From Coxiellaceae bacterium (lineage in GTDB: Bacteria; Pseudomonadota; Gammaproteobacteria; UBA9339), in the NCBI GenBank assembly GCA_031263085.1, contig JAISGM010000003.1, positions 90,154 through 154,153 of the forward strand: a DNA stretch of 64,000 nucleotides, read 5' to 3'. The notes below the pieces were generated by a model. The model was not told the DNA's origin, ran no database searches, and saw only the letters and a list, made by a program, of their open reading frames with translations. How positions within the stretch are numbered: the first letter of the stretch is position 1; every line of letters starts with the position of its first letter. A program made the translations under genes and the position numbers. Below, piece after piece: positions 45,604 through 54,857 of this stretch.

Positions 45604-46902
45604 ATGCAACGTACTCCTATTATTCAAATTGAAAATATAAAAAAATCATTTAAACGAAATGATCATCAAAACTTATTGATTCTTGATAATGTCAATCTTG
45701 AATTATACGAAGGTGAAATTATAGCATTGCTGGGCAAATCAGGTTCCGGGAAATCAACATTATTACGCATCATTGCTGGTTTAACTCAACCATCAACCGG
45801 AAAAGTGATTTATCGCGGCCACCAAGTAATAAATCCTGTAGATGGTGTAGCTATGGTGTTTCAAAGTTTTGCTATCATGCCATGGCTTACGGTATTACAA
45901 AATGTTGAATTAGGATTAGAGGCTCAAGGAATACCAAAAAACGAACGTCGTTCACGAGCACTTAAATCTATTGATATAGTAGGCTTAGATGGATTTGAAT
46001 CTGCATATCCTAAGGAATTATCAGGAGGAATGAAACAACGAGTAGGTTTTGCTCGAGCCTTGGCAGTAAATCCTGATATTTTATTAATGGATGAACCATT
46101 TTCGTCTCTTGACGTGTTAACAGCAGATAATTTACGAAGTGATCTTCTAGATTTATGGCAATCACAAAAAACTAATATCAAAAATATTTTATTTGTAACT
46201 CACAATATCGTAGAAGCAGCATCATTAGCAGATCGAATTATAATCTTCGGACCTAGTCCTAACAATATTCGCACTGAACTAGCAGTTGACATTCCTCATC
46301 CCCGTAATGAACAAAACCCGAAATTTCGTCTCCTGATTGATAATATTTATACTTTAATGACTACATCTATCGCTGATATTGATGCCACATATAGATATAA
46401 AACTATTCAGTTAGGATATCGGTTACCTAACGTTCAAATATCAGAAATTACTGGATTACTCGATATGTTAATTAAACCAACATATCGAGATAAAAAAATT
46501 GATTTACCAATTGTCGCTGATGAGCTCAATTTGAATATTGATGATCTTTTTCCGATTACAGAAGCTATAGAGATATTACGTTTTGCTCAAGTATCGAAAG
46601 GAGATATCGAATTAAATACTGCTGGCAAAGTTTTTGCTGAAGCAGATATCCTAGAACGCAAAAAAATATTTGCAAATCATTTACTCAGTTATATCCCGTT
46701 AGCTTACTATATTCGCCACGTATTAGATGAACGACCGGAACACAAAGCTTCAGATAGCCGTTTCTTAAATGAGCTTGAAGATTATCTAAGTCTCGATACT
46801 GCAGAAGAAGTTTTACGAGTTGTGATTGAATGGGGAAGATATGCAGAGATTTTTGCCTACGATTACAACACTGGGCAATTAAGTTTAGAAAACCCGAATT
46901 AG
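45604..46902 (+). CDS. ABC transporter ATP-binding protein (NitT/TauT-like) with a ~180-aa C-terminal extension domain
   Basis: Walker A GKSGSGKST, signature LSGGMKQR, Walker B LLMDEPFSSLD. The C-terminal domain resembles the AAA-associated C-terminal domain seen in this ATPase subfamily. Confidence 0.85.
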   Translation: MQRTPIIQIENIKKSFKRNDHQNLLILDNVNLELYEGEIIALLGKSGSGKSTLLRIIAGLTQPSTGKVIYRGHQVINPVDGVAMVFQSFAIMPWLTVLQNVELGLEAQGIPKNERRSRALKSIDIVGLDGFESAYPKELSGGMKQRVGFARALAVNPDILLMDEPFSSLDVLTADNLRSDLLDLWQSQKTNIKNILFVTHNIVEAASLADRIIIFGPSPNNIRTELAVDIPHPRNEQNPKFRLLIDNIYTLMTTSIADIDATYRYKTIQLGYRLPNVQISEITGLLDMLIKPTYRDKKIDLPIVADELNLNIDDLFPITEAIEILRFAQVSKGDIELNTAGKVFAEADILERKKIFANHLLSYIPLAYYIRHVLDERPEHKASDSRFLNELEDYLSLDTAEEVLRVVIEWGRYAEIFAYDYNTGQLSLENPN

Positions 46903-46920
46903 AATATGGATTTCTCAAAT

Positions 46921-49287
46921 TTATCCAAAGACTTCTTTAGCTATATCTACTGACTGTTTAGCATCGCGTCCGTAATAATCTGCTCCGATCTTTTTAGCGT
47001 AATCTGAAGTTAAAACAGCGCCGCCAACGAAAAAGATAGAATCCTTTTTATTCTTTTTTACCAAACGAATAGTTTCCTCCATACTACAAAGAGTAGTTGT
47101 CATTAATGCCGATAAACCTATTAAACGCACGTCATTCTCTAATGCTACTTCTAACACTTTTTCAGGAGCTACATCTCGATCTAAGTCATAAATGGTATAA
47201 CCATAATTTTCTAAAATTACTTTAACTATATTTTTTCCAATATCATGAATATCTCCTTTAACTGTAGCTAAAATAATTTTTCCTTTTGTTAATCTCTGCT
47301 TTCCTGAATTTATAAGTGTTTTCTGGACAATGGCAAATGCACTCTGAGCACTAACGGCAGCCTGCAGAAGCTGGGGAAGATAGATGATTCCTTTTTCAAA
47401 AGACTTTCCCACGATATCTAAAGCTGGAATAAGTTTCTCATTTACAATCTCGAGAGGATCACTCTTTTTTAGAAGTTCTCTAACACATTGAGAGGCTTCA
47501 TCTGTAAGACCATGGCTTATAGCATAGAAAACATCATGGACAGCTGAAGATGATGAGATATTCTCCGATATTGATGTTGTTGCTGATATACCACATTTTG
47601 CTATATAAGAAACCGCGCCTCTATCCTGATTTGACAGAACATCAAACGCTGCCACAGTATCACTCATAGAAATAATATTAGGATTTATTATTGGTAAATC
47701 TAAGCCGGCTTCCAACGCCATCGTTAAAAATACTTGGTTCAAAATTTCACGATTAGGGAGACCAAATGAAATATTCGATATACCAAGAGCCGTTTTAAGA
47801 TTTAACTCTTCTTTTATCATACGAATAGCTTTTAATGTTTCCTTTACCTCTAATTGCTGTACTGATGCTGCTAGAACCAAACAGTCAATGTAAACATCTT
47901 CGCGTTTAATTCCTAAATCTAAGGCTGATTGAAGAATCTTTCGAGCAATATTCACTCTATATTCTGCCTTGCTAGGAATACCGTTTTCATCTAAACACAA
48001 TCCTAATACAGCAGCTCCATATTTTTTAACTAGTGGCAACACAGAAAGCAAAGATTGTTGTTTACCATTTACTGAATTCACTAACGGCTTGCCATTAACA
48101 ATACGTAAGCCAGCTTCCAATGCTTTTAAATCAGTAGAATCAATCTGTAAAGGTGTATCAACTACTGCCTGTAAACGATTTACCACCGTACGCATCATAA
48201 TTGCTTCATCAATTCCAGGAAGTCCTACGTTCACATCTAGTATTTTGGCCCCTGCCTCTATTTGAGATATACCAAGATTCAAAATATAATCTATATTTTG
48301 CTCTAGAATAGCTTGTTTGAACTGCTTTTTCCCTGTTGGATTTATACGCTCACCAATTATAGTTGGTTTATTGATTATAATCGTGTTTCCAGAAGAACAA
48401 ACAGCTGAAAACGAAATCTTTTCCCGTATAATTGGTTTTTTTACTTTTAGTATCATAGCAATTTCTTTTATATATTCTGGAGTGGTACCACAACAACCAC
48501 CGAATATTGTTACACCTTGCTCTATTATTGGAATTAATTGTTGAGCATAATCAATGGATGATAGATCATACTTGTTATCATTTAAATTAGGCAAACCAGC
48601 ATTAGCTTTGACAATAAGAGGTAAATTTGTGTGACATCGCAGAACTTTTATTATCGGTAATAAATCACATGGCCCCAATGAACAATTTAATCCTAAAGCA
48701 GTGACTCCAAGTCCTTCTAGTGTAATCGCCATAGAATCTGGACTACATCCTACAAATGTACGCCCATTTTTTTCATAACTCATAGTTACGAAAACTGGCA
48801 AATCAGCATTTTCCCGCGCCGCAAGAACAGCAGCTTTAGCTTCCAACAGATCTGTCATAGTTTCAATTACAATTAAATCTACTCCGGCCTCTTTTCCGGC
48901 AATAATTTGCTCCTTAAAGAGAGAATATGCTTCATCGAACGGAAGACATCCATTAGGTTGCAAAAGTTTTCCAATGGGGCCAATATCCAGAGCAATCTTC
49001 ACATTGCGATTTCCAATTGCTCGACGAGCTATTTCTACAGCTATTGTAATGATTTTAGTTGGAAAAAGTTTTTCTTCAGACAATTTATATTTATTGGCAC
49101 CAAAACTGTTCGTATAAATAATTTGAGAACCAGCTGCAATATATTGTCGATGAATATCTTCGATTAATTCAGGTTTCTCGATATTTAATAATTCGGGGCA
49201 AACTCCTACAGGAAGACCAGCTTTTTGTAACATGGTACCCATGCCGCCATCTAGTAGAATGAACTCTTTTAGTAAACTATTCATCAT
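46921..49287 (-). CDS. metH: cobalamin-dependent methionine synthase, core enzyme without the reactivation domain (Hcy-binding + pterin-binding + B12 cap/B12-binding)
   Basis: LLDGGMGT, Zn ligands GLNCSLGP and GGCCGTTPEY, pterin domain IIGERINPTGKK, B12 motif GDIHDIGKN with GLSALMTT and VGGA. It ends right after the B12 domain. ATG at 49287/49284. The track start 49353 overlaps the upstream gene by 77 nt. Confidence 0.9.
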   Translation of the reverse strand: MMNSLLKEFILLDGGMGTMLQKAGLPVGVCPELLNIEKPELIEDIHRQYIAAGSQIIYTNSFGANKYKLSEEKLFPTKIITIAVEIARRAIGNRNVKIALDIGPIGKLLQPNGCLPFDEAYSLFKEQIIAGKEAGVDLIVIETMTDLLEAKAAVLAARENADLPVFVTMSYEKNGRTFVGCSPDSMAITLEGLGVTALGLNCSLGPCDLLPIIKVLRCHTNLPLIVKANAGLPNLNDNKYDLSSIDYAQQLIPIIEQGVTIFGGCCGTTPEYIKEIAMILKVKKPIIREKISFSAVCSSGNTIIINKPTIIGERINPTGKKQFKQAILEQNIDYILNLGISQIEAGAKILDVNVGLPGIDEAIMMRTVVNRLQAVVDTPLQIDSTDLKALEAGLRIVNGKPLVNSVNGKQQSLLSVLPLVKKYGAAVLGLCLDENGIPSKAEYRVNIARKILQSALDLGIKREDVYIDCLVLAASVQQLEVKETLKAIRMIKEELNLKTALGISNISFGLPNREILNQVFLTMALEAGLDLPIINPNIISMSDTVAAFDVLSNQDRGAVSYIAKCGISATTSISENISSSSAVHDVFYAISHGLTDEASQCVRELLKKSDPLEIVNEKLIPALDIVGKSFEKGIIYLPQLLQAAVSAQSAFAIVQKTLINSGKQRLTKGKIILATVKGDIHDIGKNIVKVILENYGYTIYDLDRDVAPEKVLEVALENDVRLIGLSALMTTTLCSMEETIRLVKKNKKDSIFFVGGAVLTSDYAKKIGADYYGRDAKQSVDIAKEVFG

Positions 49288-49990
49288 AGACCTTTCCTCG
49301 TCTAAAATTACACGTGTGACACATTTTGCATATATTACATGAATTATACTCAATTTTTGGTTGTGAGCGATCCACCCACATCATCGCCGTAATAGACTTA
49401 GATGGTGTAAGCAAAAAATTTTCAGTAGCCCCAAGACCAATTTTTCTTTCTGCATCCAAAAGAAATAATAATTGTGATTGAATTGAAAGGGGTAAACTTC
49501 CATATCCAGGACTATAACGATCAGTTAAATATCTATTTCTATTGATATAGATACTAGTCAAATCAATTTGTAAATTATCACACACCTCTTCAATAGCTGC
49601 CGTAGCACAACTATCTAATACCAAAGCATAAAGCATATCTTTAATCTGGGTACGACCCAACAATCGATCAATGGAAACTCCTAATGTAGCACCCATTAAA
49701 ATAATACCTTCATGTTCATGAAACATGAAATCACAATTCAAATCTATAGTATTCTGAATAAAAAAATAACGATATAAAGCACGAGGTTCTGCAATTGCAC
49801 AAGTCTCGATCATACCTTTATGAATCATAGAATCTATTTCTAGAGTAATATTTTTATCATTCCTATATCCTAAGTAGCGAATCGCCTCCGTATACAATTT
49901 ATCACTTGGTTTTAGAAGAATATTTTTACGTACCGCTTCCTCACGTGGTGTCTTATTTATATATCTTACGAGAGTTTCAGTGAACAACAT
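49277..49990 (-). CDS. stand-alone methionine synthase reactivation (AdoMet-binding activation) domain protein with a C-terminal CxxCxxCxxC tail
   Basis: DRYSPGYGSLPLSIQSQLLFLLDAERKIG parallels the RPAPGYPACPEH region of the E. coli MetH activation domain. C-terminus SCNICKMCHTCNFRRG. 237 aa. Confidence 0.8.
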   Translation of the reverse strand: MLFTETLVRYINKTPREEAVRKNILLKPSDKLYTEAIRYLGYRNDKNITLEIDSMIHKGMIETCAIAEPRALYRYFFIQNTIDLNCDFMFHEHEGIILMGATLGVSIDRLLGRTQIKDMLYALVLDSCATAAIEEVCDNLQIDLTSIYINRNRYLTDRYSPGYGSLPLSIQSQLLFLLDAERKIGLGATENFLLTPSKSITAMMWVDRSQPKIEYNSCNICKMCHTCNFRRGKVYDE

Positions 49991-50000
49991 GGTTAAGTTG

Positions 50001-50879
50001 CTATCCGTTGTTTTTTTCTAAACAAGCCTTGATATTTTTCGTGATTTTTTCCGCTACAATCGGGTTATTCATAGTATATAAATGTATACCTCTAGTGCCA
50101 CGCGAAATTAATTCTATTATTTGCTCTGTTGCATAGTCGATTCCAGCATTAAAAAGTGATACTGGAGAATTTTCAAATCGATTTAAAGTTTCTAAAAATT
50201 TTGGAGGCAAAAAAGCTCCACAGAGTGTTACAATTTTTTCAATTAATCGTTTGCTCACTATTGGCATAATACCAGCACTAACAGGAACAGTAATATCGGC
50301 ATTACATATCTCGTCCATGAAAGCATAAAAAATATTATTATCAAAAAATAATTGTGATATTAAATGAGAAGCGCCGGCTTCTACTTTTTCCTTCAAATAA
50401 CGAATATCTTCTAATTTACTGGGAGATTCTTGATGTCCTTCTGGATAACAAGCAGCGGTTATATGAAAATCTTCTTTTTGCTTTATCAAAGATATAAGAT
50501 CACGAGCATGTGCAAAATCTGTAGTAGTGTTGCTTTGCGGAAGATCCCCCCTTAATGCTAATATATTAGTTACTTGATTTTCTTTTAAAAAATTAAGAAT
50601 TTCTTCTAAATTACTGTATGAAGAATTAATGCAGGTCATATGAACCAACGATTCTATGTCGTACTCTTTCTTGATATGACAGGCAATTTTCGCTGTTAGA
50701 TTATCTTTAACTGAATTACCCCCTGCACCACAAGTTATACTAATAAAATCAGGATACAACAATTGCAAACTACGAATAGTACTATAAACTTTATCTATAT
50801 CTGATTGTGGGAATATCTCATATGAAAACAAACACCTTTTTTTTTGAAATAATTCAGATAAGTGCATAAAAAACTCCAT
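50001..50879 (-). CDS. metF: methylenetetrahydrofolate reductase MetF (short ~290-aa type)
   Basis: FSYEIFPQ, ISITCGAGGN and ILALRGD motifs. 292 aa. Confidence 0.85.
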   Translation of the reverse strand: MEFFMHLSELFQKKRCLFSYEIFPQSDIDKVYSTIRSLQLLYPDFISITCGAGGNSVKDNLTAKIACHIKKEYDIESLVHMTCINSSYSNLEEILNFLKENQVTNILALRGDLPQSNTTTDFAHARDLISLIKQKEDFHITAACYPEGHQESPSKLEDIRYLKEKVEAGASHLISQLFFDNNIFYAFMDEICNADITVPVSAGIMPIVSKRLIEKIVTLCGAFLPPKFLETLNRFENSPVSLFNAGIDYATEQIIELISRGTRGIHLYTMNNPIVAEKITKNIKACLEKNNG

Positions 50880-51262
50880 TGTTTAAGTTTTCTTAGAAAA
50901 AATTAGTAATTCGTTTTCTATTTCCAATTTATGATAACATTTTTTCTAAAAATGTCTACTCTACCAATAAGTAATGCACGATAAAACACATCTATTTCCA
51001 GATATTTTTAATTATAAAATTAAATACGAAGTCATATATTAACTATAAATACAGATACATCTCAATATCGTCAAACTAACTTATTAAAATATAAATACAC
51101 AGAATGAATTTTTGCACAACAACATCATTTCATCTAGCAGAAACGATGAAATTAATAAAATCTAGAATTGAAACTATGATGAATAAAATAGGATTTCAAA
51201 AAATTGTTTATATAATTTATCGTAAGAATCGCAAATTTTTATCTAAAAAGCGAAATAAAACG

Positions 51263-52186
51263 TCAAACGAATGCCTTACTTAAATATGCTCTCCCAGAAT
51301 CAGCTAATATAACAACAATTACATCATTCGCTTTAAATTGCGATTGATATTCAGCAACAGCATGCATTACAGCGCCACTTGATAAGCCTACTAAATACCC
51401 TTTTTTAGCCAACTTTCGCGTCATAGCAAAAGCATCTTCATCAGACACAGTAACAATTTCGTCAATTACATCACGATCAAGAGTTTCAGTAATTACATCA
51501 ACTCCCATTCCCTCAATCCTATATGCTTTAGGACAATCTGGCATTGACAATTTAGAGGTAGTAGCATCGGTACCGATAATTTTAATTTTACTGTTTTTCT
51601 CTTTTAAATATTTTCCAACACCAGAGATAGTACCGCAACTTCCCATACTCATAAAACAATATGTCAATGATCCGTTAGTTTGTTGCCATATTTCAGGACC
51701 GGTCATCAAATAATGAGCTCTAGGATTTTCCGTATTATAGTATTGATTGGGCATATAAGAATTAGGAAGTTTTTTTAGTAGCTCTTTAGCTTTAGCATGA
51801 TATCCTTCTGGATTATGTAAATCATCTGTGTCTGGGCAAACAAAAACCTTAGCACCATACGCTTGTAAAGTAGCAATTTTTTCAGCACTAGTTCTATTGG
51901 GAACAGTTATAACTACTTCATATCCCTTTAAAGCACCAATCATGGCCAAAGCAATTCCTTGATTTCCAGATGATGCCTCAACAATCACCCCGCCGGGACG
52001 CAACTTACCATTTCGTTCTGCTTCCTGGATCATGAATAATGCTGCACGATCTTTAATACTACCACCAGGATTAAGAAATTCTAATTTAGCTAAAATCGTG
52101 GCCTGAGTTGCAATCATTTCAATAGAAGCCATCGGAGTATTGCCAATACATTCTAAAAATGACTTGAATTTAAACTGTGCTTTCAT
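51263..52186 (-). CDS. PLP-dependent cysteine synthase / cystathionine beta-synthase family enzyme
   Basis: IGNTPM, LNPGGSIKDRAAL (PLP lysine), SSGNQGIALA, GSCGTISG. 307 aa. Confidence 0.85.
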   Translation of the reverse strand: MKAQFKFKSFLECIGNTPMASIEMIATQATILAKLEFLNPGGSIKDRAALFMIQEAERNGKLRPGGVIVEASSGNQGIALAMIGALKGYEVVITVPNRTSAEKIATLQAYGAKVFVCPDTDDLHNPEGYHAKAKELLKKLPNSYMPNQYYNTENPRAHYLMTGPEIWQQTNGSLTYCFMSMGSCGTISGVGKYLKEKNSKIKIIGTDATTSKLSMPDCPKAYRIEGMGVDVITETLDRDVIDEIVTVSDEDAFAMTRKLAKKGYLVGLSSGAVMHAVAEYQSQFKANDVIVVILADSGRAYLSKAFV

Positions 52187-52754
52187 TTAATTTTCCTTTA
52201 TTTTTCGATTTGATCTCTATATCTACGATTACATTACCAAATCTAACATAACCATCGCTATCTAAAAACTTATAAGAAAAGCCATCTAACCACAATGGTG
52301 AATATGGAATGTTTAAAGTTCCTCTAGCTCTCATAAATTCATAACGCTTGGGATCTAAATACAAAACATTATTAGTATAACAAGCCCATAAAATAGTCTT
52401 AACATTATAACTATATGTCGACTTAATTTCAATAGCTAAATACTGATCCTTTAAAATAATAAATTTTATCGGCTGATATTCCTCAGAATTAACAAATGTA
52501 GGCGGGAAAGCAACTTTTCCGCCGTGAATACTGACTATCAAAAATTCCTGATTATTTTTTTTATTTTTTGAATATTTTGATAATCTAGCATGCTCGTTAA
52601 CTCCCTTAAAAAAACCAACAATCAATCTTTGCTTATGCTTATTACTATATTCTTTCCATTCAAAATCATTAATACCCAAACGCTCAGGAATGAAAACACA
52701 TCCTGCAAGTAAAAAACACATTGCCCACCGCAACAACCAGTAGGTTATACCCAT
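52170..52754 (-). CDS. hypothetical lipoprotein
   Basis: Signal peptide with a perfect lipobox LLAGC. I recognise no domain. The 3' end overlaps the start of the cysteine-synthase-family gene by 17 nt. Confidence 0.55.
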   Translation of the reverse strand: MGITYWLLRWAMCFLLAGCVFIPERLGINDFEWKEYSNKHKQRLIVGFFKGVNEHARLSKYSKNKKNNQEFLIVSIHGGKVAFPPTFVNSEEYQPIKFIILKDQYLAIEIKSTYSYNVKTILWACYTNNVLYLDPKRYEFMRARGTLNIPYSPLWLDGFSYKFLDSDGYVRFGNVIVDIEIKSKNKGKLNESTV

Positions 52755-52773
52755 ATTTCAAATATATTATTTA

Positions 52774-53247
52774 TTATTGGGGTTCAACCACATCAAGAAC
52801 TTCGTCATTAACACTAGTAGAATCACTAGGAACGACAATAGAAACAGACGTTACCGGGTGATGATGTTGACTTGGTTCAATCTGAGAATTAGCACTTTGC
52901 ACTGATTTAGTACTCTGCACTGATAAAGGTACTACTTGTTCAACTTCCTGATTTGATATCGATTCAGGTGATAACTGCGTAGTAGGTATCGATTGATCAA
53001 TTGAAGATGAAGAAGATGGAGTTGGTTGTACTAATTGAGTTTTGGGGCGTATAACCTGAACTTCTTCCATTCTGTCTTTACTATTATTACTATTACTATC
53101 CATATCTACAGTAACGTTACTGTCAATAGGAACAGTCATCTCATCCTGAGATTCAGAAATAATAATGCTATCATCCCTCCTAGTACATCCGATAAGCCCA
53201 AATGATATCAACAACGCGGCTACCAACAATCTACCTCGATTATTCAT
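52774..53247 (-). CDS. hypothetical Ser/Pro/Gln/Val-rich low-complexity lipoprotein
   Basis: Signal peptide with lipobox GLIGC, followed by a disordered-looking S/P/Q/V-rich sequence. Confidence 0.5.
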   Translation of the reverse strand: MNNRGRLLVAALLISFGLIGCTRRDDSIIISESQDEMTVPIDSNVTVDMDSNSNNSKDRMEEVQVIRPKTQLVQPTPSSSSSIDQSIPTTQLSPESISNQEVEQVVPLSVQSTKSVQSANSQIEPSQHHHPVTSVSIVVPSDSTSVNDEVLDVVEPQ

Positions 53248-53523
53248 TCGAATTCTCCAAATAAAATTAAAACTGAATTAACAAACAATATTTCACATAA
53301 GAGACAGTTTAGACGATTAAATCTAAATATCAAGATCATATAGTAAAAAAAATAATATTAAAACTACTGAATAACTAAAAATGTAATTTTTATTATCAAT
53401 CTAATTTCTTAAAAATATTAATAATTAATTCTGAAATCACTATTAATCAAGTTATTGAGCTGGATTTTTTAGATATGCTTTGATAGTGTATATATTAAAG
53501 AATTTAGTTAAAGGGGATACACT

Positions 53524-54321
53524 ATGGGATTACTTCGAAATAAAAGGGCTCTAATAGTTGGCATAATAAATAATTATTCAATAGCTTACGGAATTGCTAG
53601 ATGCATGCATCGTGAGCAGGCTAAATTGGCGTTTACTTATCAAAACGACAAAATTAGAGAACGAGTAGAGAAGATCGCTATGGAACTAGACTCGCAACTA
53701 ATTTTTCCATGTGATTTAACTGATGACGATCAGATTAGTAATCTTTTTGTTAAACTAAAAAATCATTGGGATAAATTTGATATTTTAATTCATTCAGCAG
53801 CATTTGCCCCTACTGAGCAGCTCGAAGGTAATTATATCGACTGTATAACCAGAGAAGGCTTTAAAATAGCTCATGACATCAGCAGTTACAGTTTTGCTGC
53901 ATTAGCCAAGAACGCCAAACCGATGATGTTAGGAACCAAAGGGGCTTTATTGACTCTTAGTCACTTAGGTGCTGAAAAATCATTAATAAATTATAATGTG
54001 ATGGGTTTAGCAAAAGCTAGTCTCGAAGCCAATGTTAGATATTTAGCTAATAGTTTAGGTCGAGATGGTATTAGAGTAAATGCAATCTCAGCTGGTGCAG
54101 TTAAAACATTAGCAGCATCAGCTATTAAAAACTTTCGTAGAATGCTTACTTACGGAGAAAAAGTTGCGCCGTTACATCGTAACGTAACCCAAGAAGAAAT
54201 AGGTAATGCTGCAGCATTTCTTTGCTCGGATCTAGCTTCTGGGATTACAGGGGAAATATTACACGTTGACGCTGGATTGAATATTATCTGTTTCCCAGGT
54301 ATCGACGTTTTCGAATCTTAA
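53524..54321 (+). CDS. fabI: enoyl-[acyl-carrier-protein] reductase (NADH) FabI
   Basis: [20 protein letters not shown]; Tyr/Lys region [13 protein letters not shown]; [16 protein letters not shown] upstream. 265 aa. Confidence 0.9.
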   Translation: MGLLRNKRALIVGIINNYSIAYGIARCMHREQAKLAFTYQNDKIRERVEKIAMELDSQLIFPCDLTDDDQISNLFVKLKNHWDKFDILIHSAAFAPTEQLEGNYIDCITREGFKIAHDISSYSFAALAKNAKPMMLGTKGALLTLSHLGAEKSLINYNVMGLAKASLEANVRYLANSLGRDGIRVNAISAGAVKTLAASAIKNFRRMLTYGEKVAPLHRNVTQEEIGNAAAFLCSDLASGITGEILHVDAGLNIICFPGIDVFES

Positions 54322-54857
54322 TTTTTCACTAATATCTCTTCTGAATTAGCAATAAATGCTGATGCTCGAGCTGCGAAATACAACCAACTACTCAATCTAT
54401 TGAGATAGATGCCAATTATATCAACTTGATTGTTGATTTCGGCAAATTTAAATGCTACACGTTCAGCTCTACGACATACAGCTCTAGCAAGATGAATACG
54501 AGACGCCTGCTCACCGCCTCCAGGTAAAATAAAAGCTGATAAAACCGGTAATTTCCTACTCATAGTATCCAATTCAGATTCAAGACTTTTAAGCTTATCA
54601 GGAGATAAAACGAACTGTTGTTTCTGTCCCAAATTTGCACATAATTCAAATAATTCATTTTGAATTCTATAAATAGCTTTTAATAATTCATCAAAATCTT
54701 GATTACAACACATGGATTCTGCGGCAAAACCTAAAAAAACATTCAATTCATCGATTACACCATATAATTCAATTATTTCAGATGATTTCTTAACTCTTTT
54801 ACCATCTGGAAGCGTAGTGCAACCATCATCCCCAGATTTGATTAAACGTTTATTCAT
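54318..54857 (-). CDS. ATP:cob(I)alamin adenosyltransferase, PduO type
   Basis: The N-terminus [37 protein letters not shown] matches the PduO/MMAB-type signature. 179 aa. Confidence 0.85.
   Translation of the reverse strand: MNKRLIKSGDDGCTTLPDGKRVKKSSEIIELYGVIDELNVFLGFAAESMCCNQDFDELLKAIYRIQNELFELCANLGQKQQFVLSPDKLKSLESELDTMSRKLPVLSAFILPGGGEQASRIHLARAVCRRAERVAFKFAEINNQVDIIGIYLNRLSSWLYFAARASAFIANSEEILVKN

Noticed and set aside
46921-50879. Apparent higher G+C of the metH module as evidence for horizontal transfer
   Set aside because: Hand counts of 60-nt lines gave about 30-47% in metH but also 35-40% in the neighbouring ABC, topA and secD genes. I cannot show a compositional anomaly without a proper calculation, so the HGT idea rests on architecture only.
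50880-51262. Riboswitch (SAM or cobalamin) upstream of the metF-metH operon
   Set aside because: The leader is uniformly AT-rich. It has no G+C-rich helices or conserved riboswitch cores (no B12-box-like or SAM-I-like segments visible), only a weak 7-8-bp hairpin at about 51127-51152.
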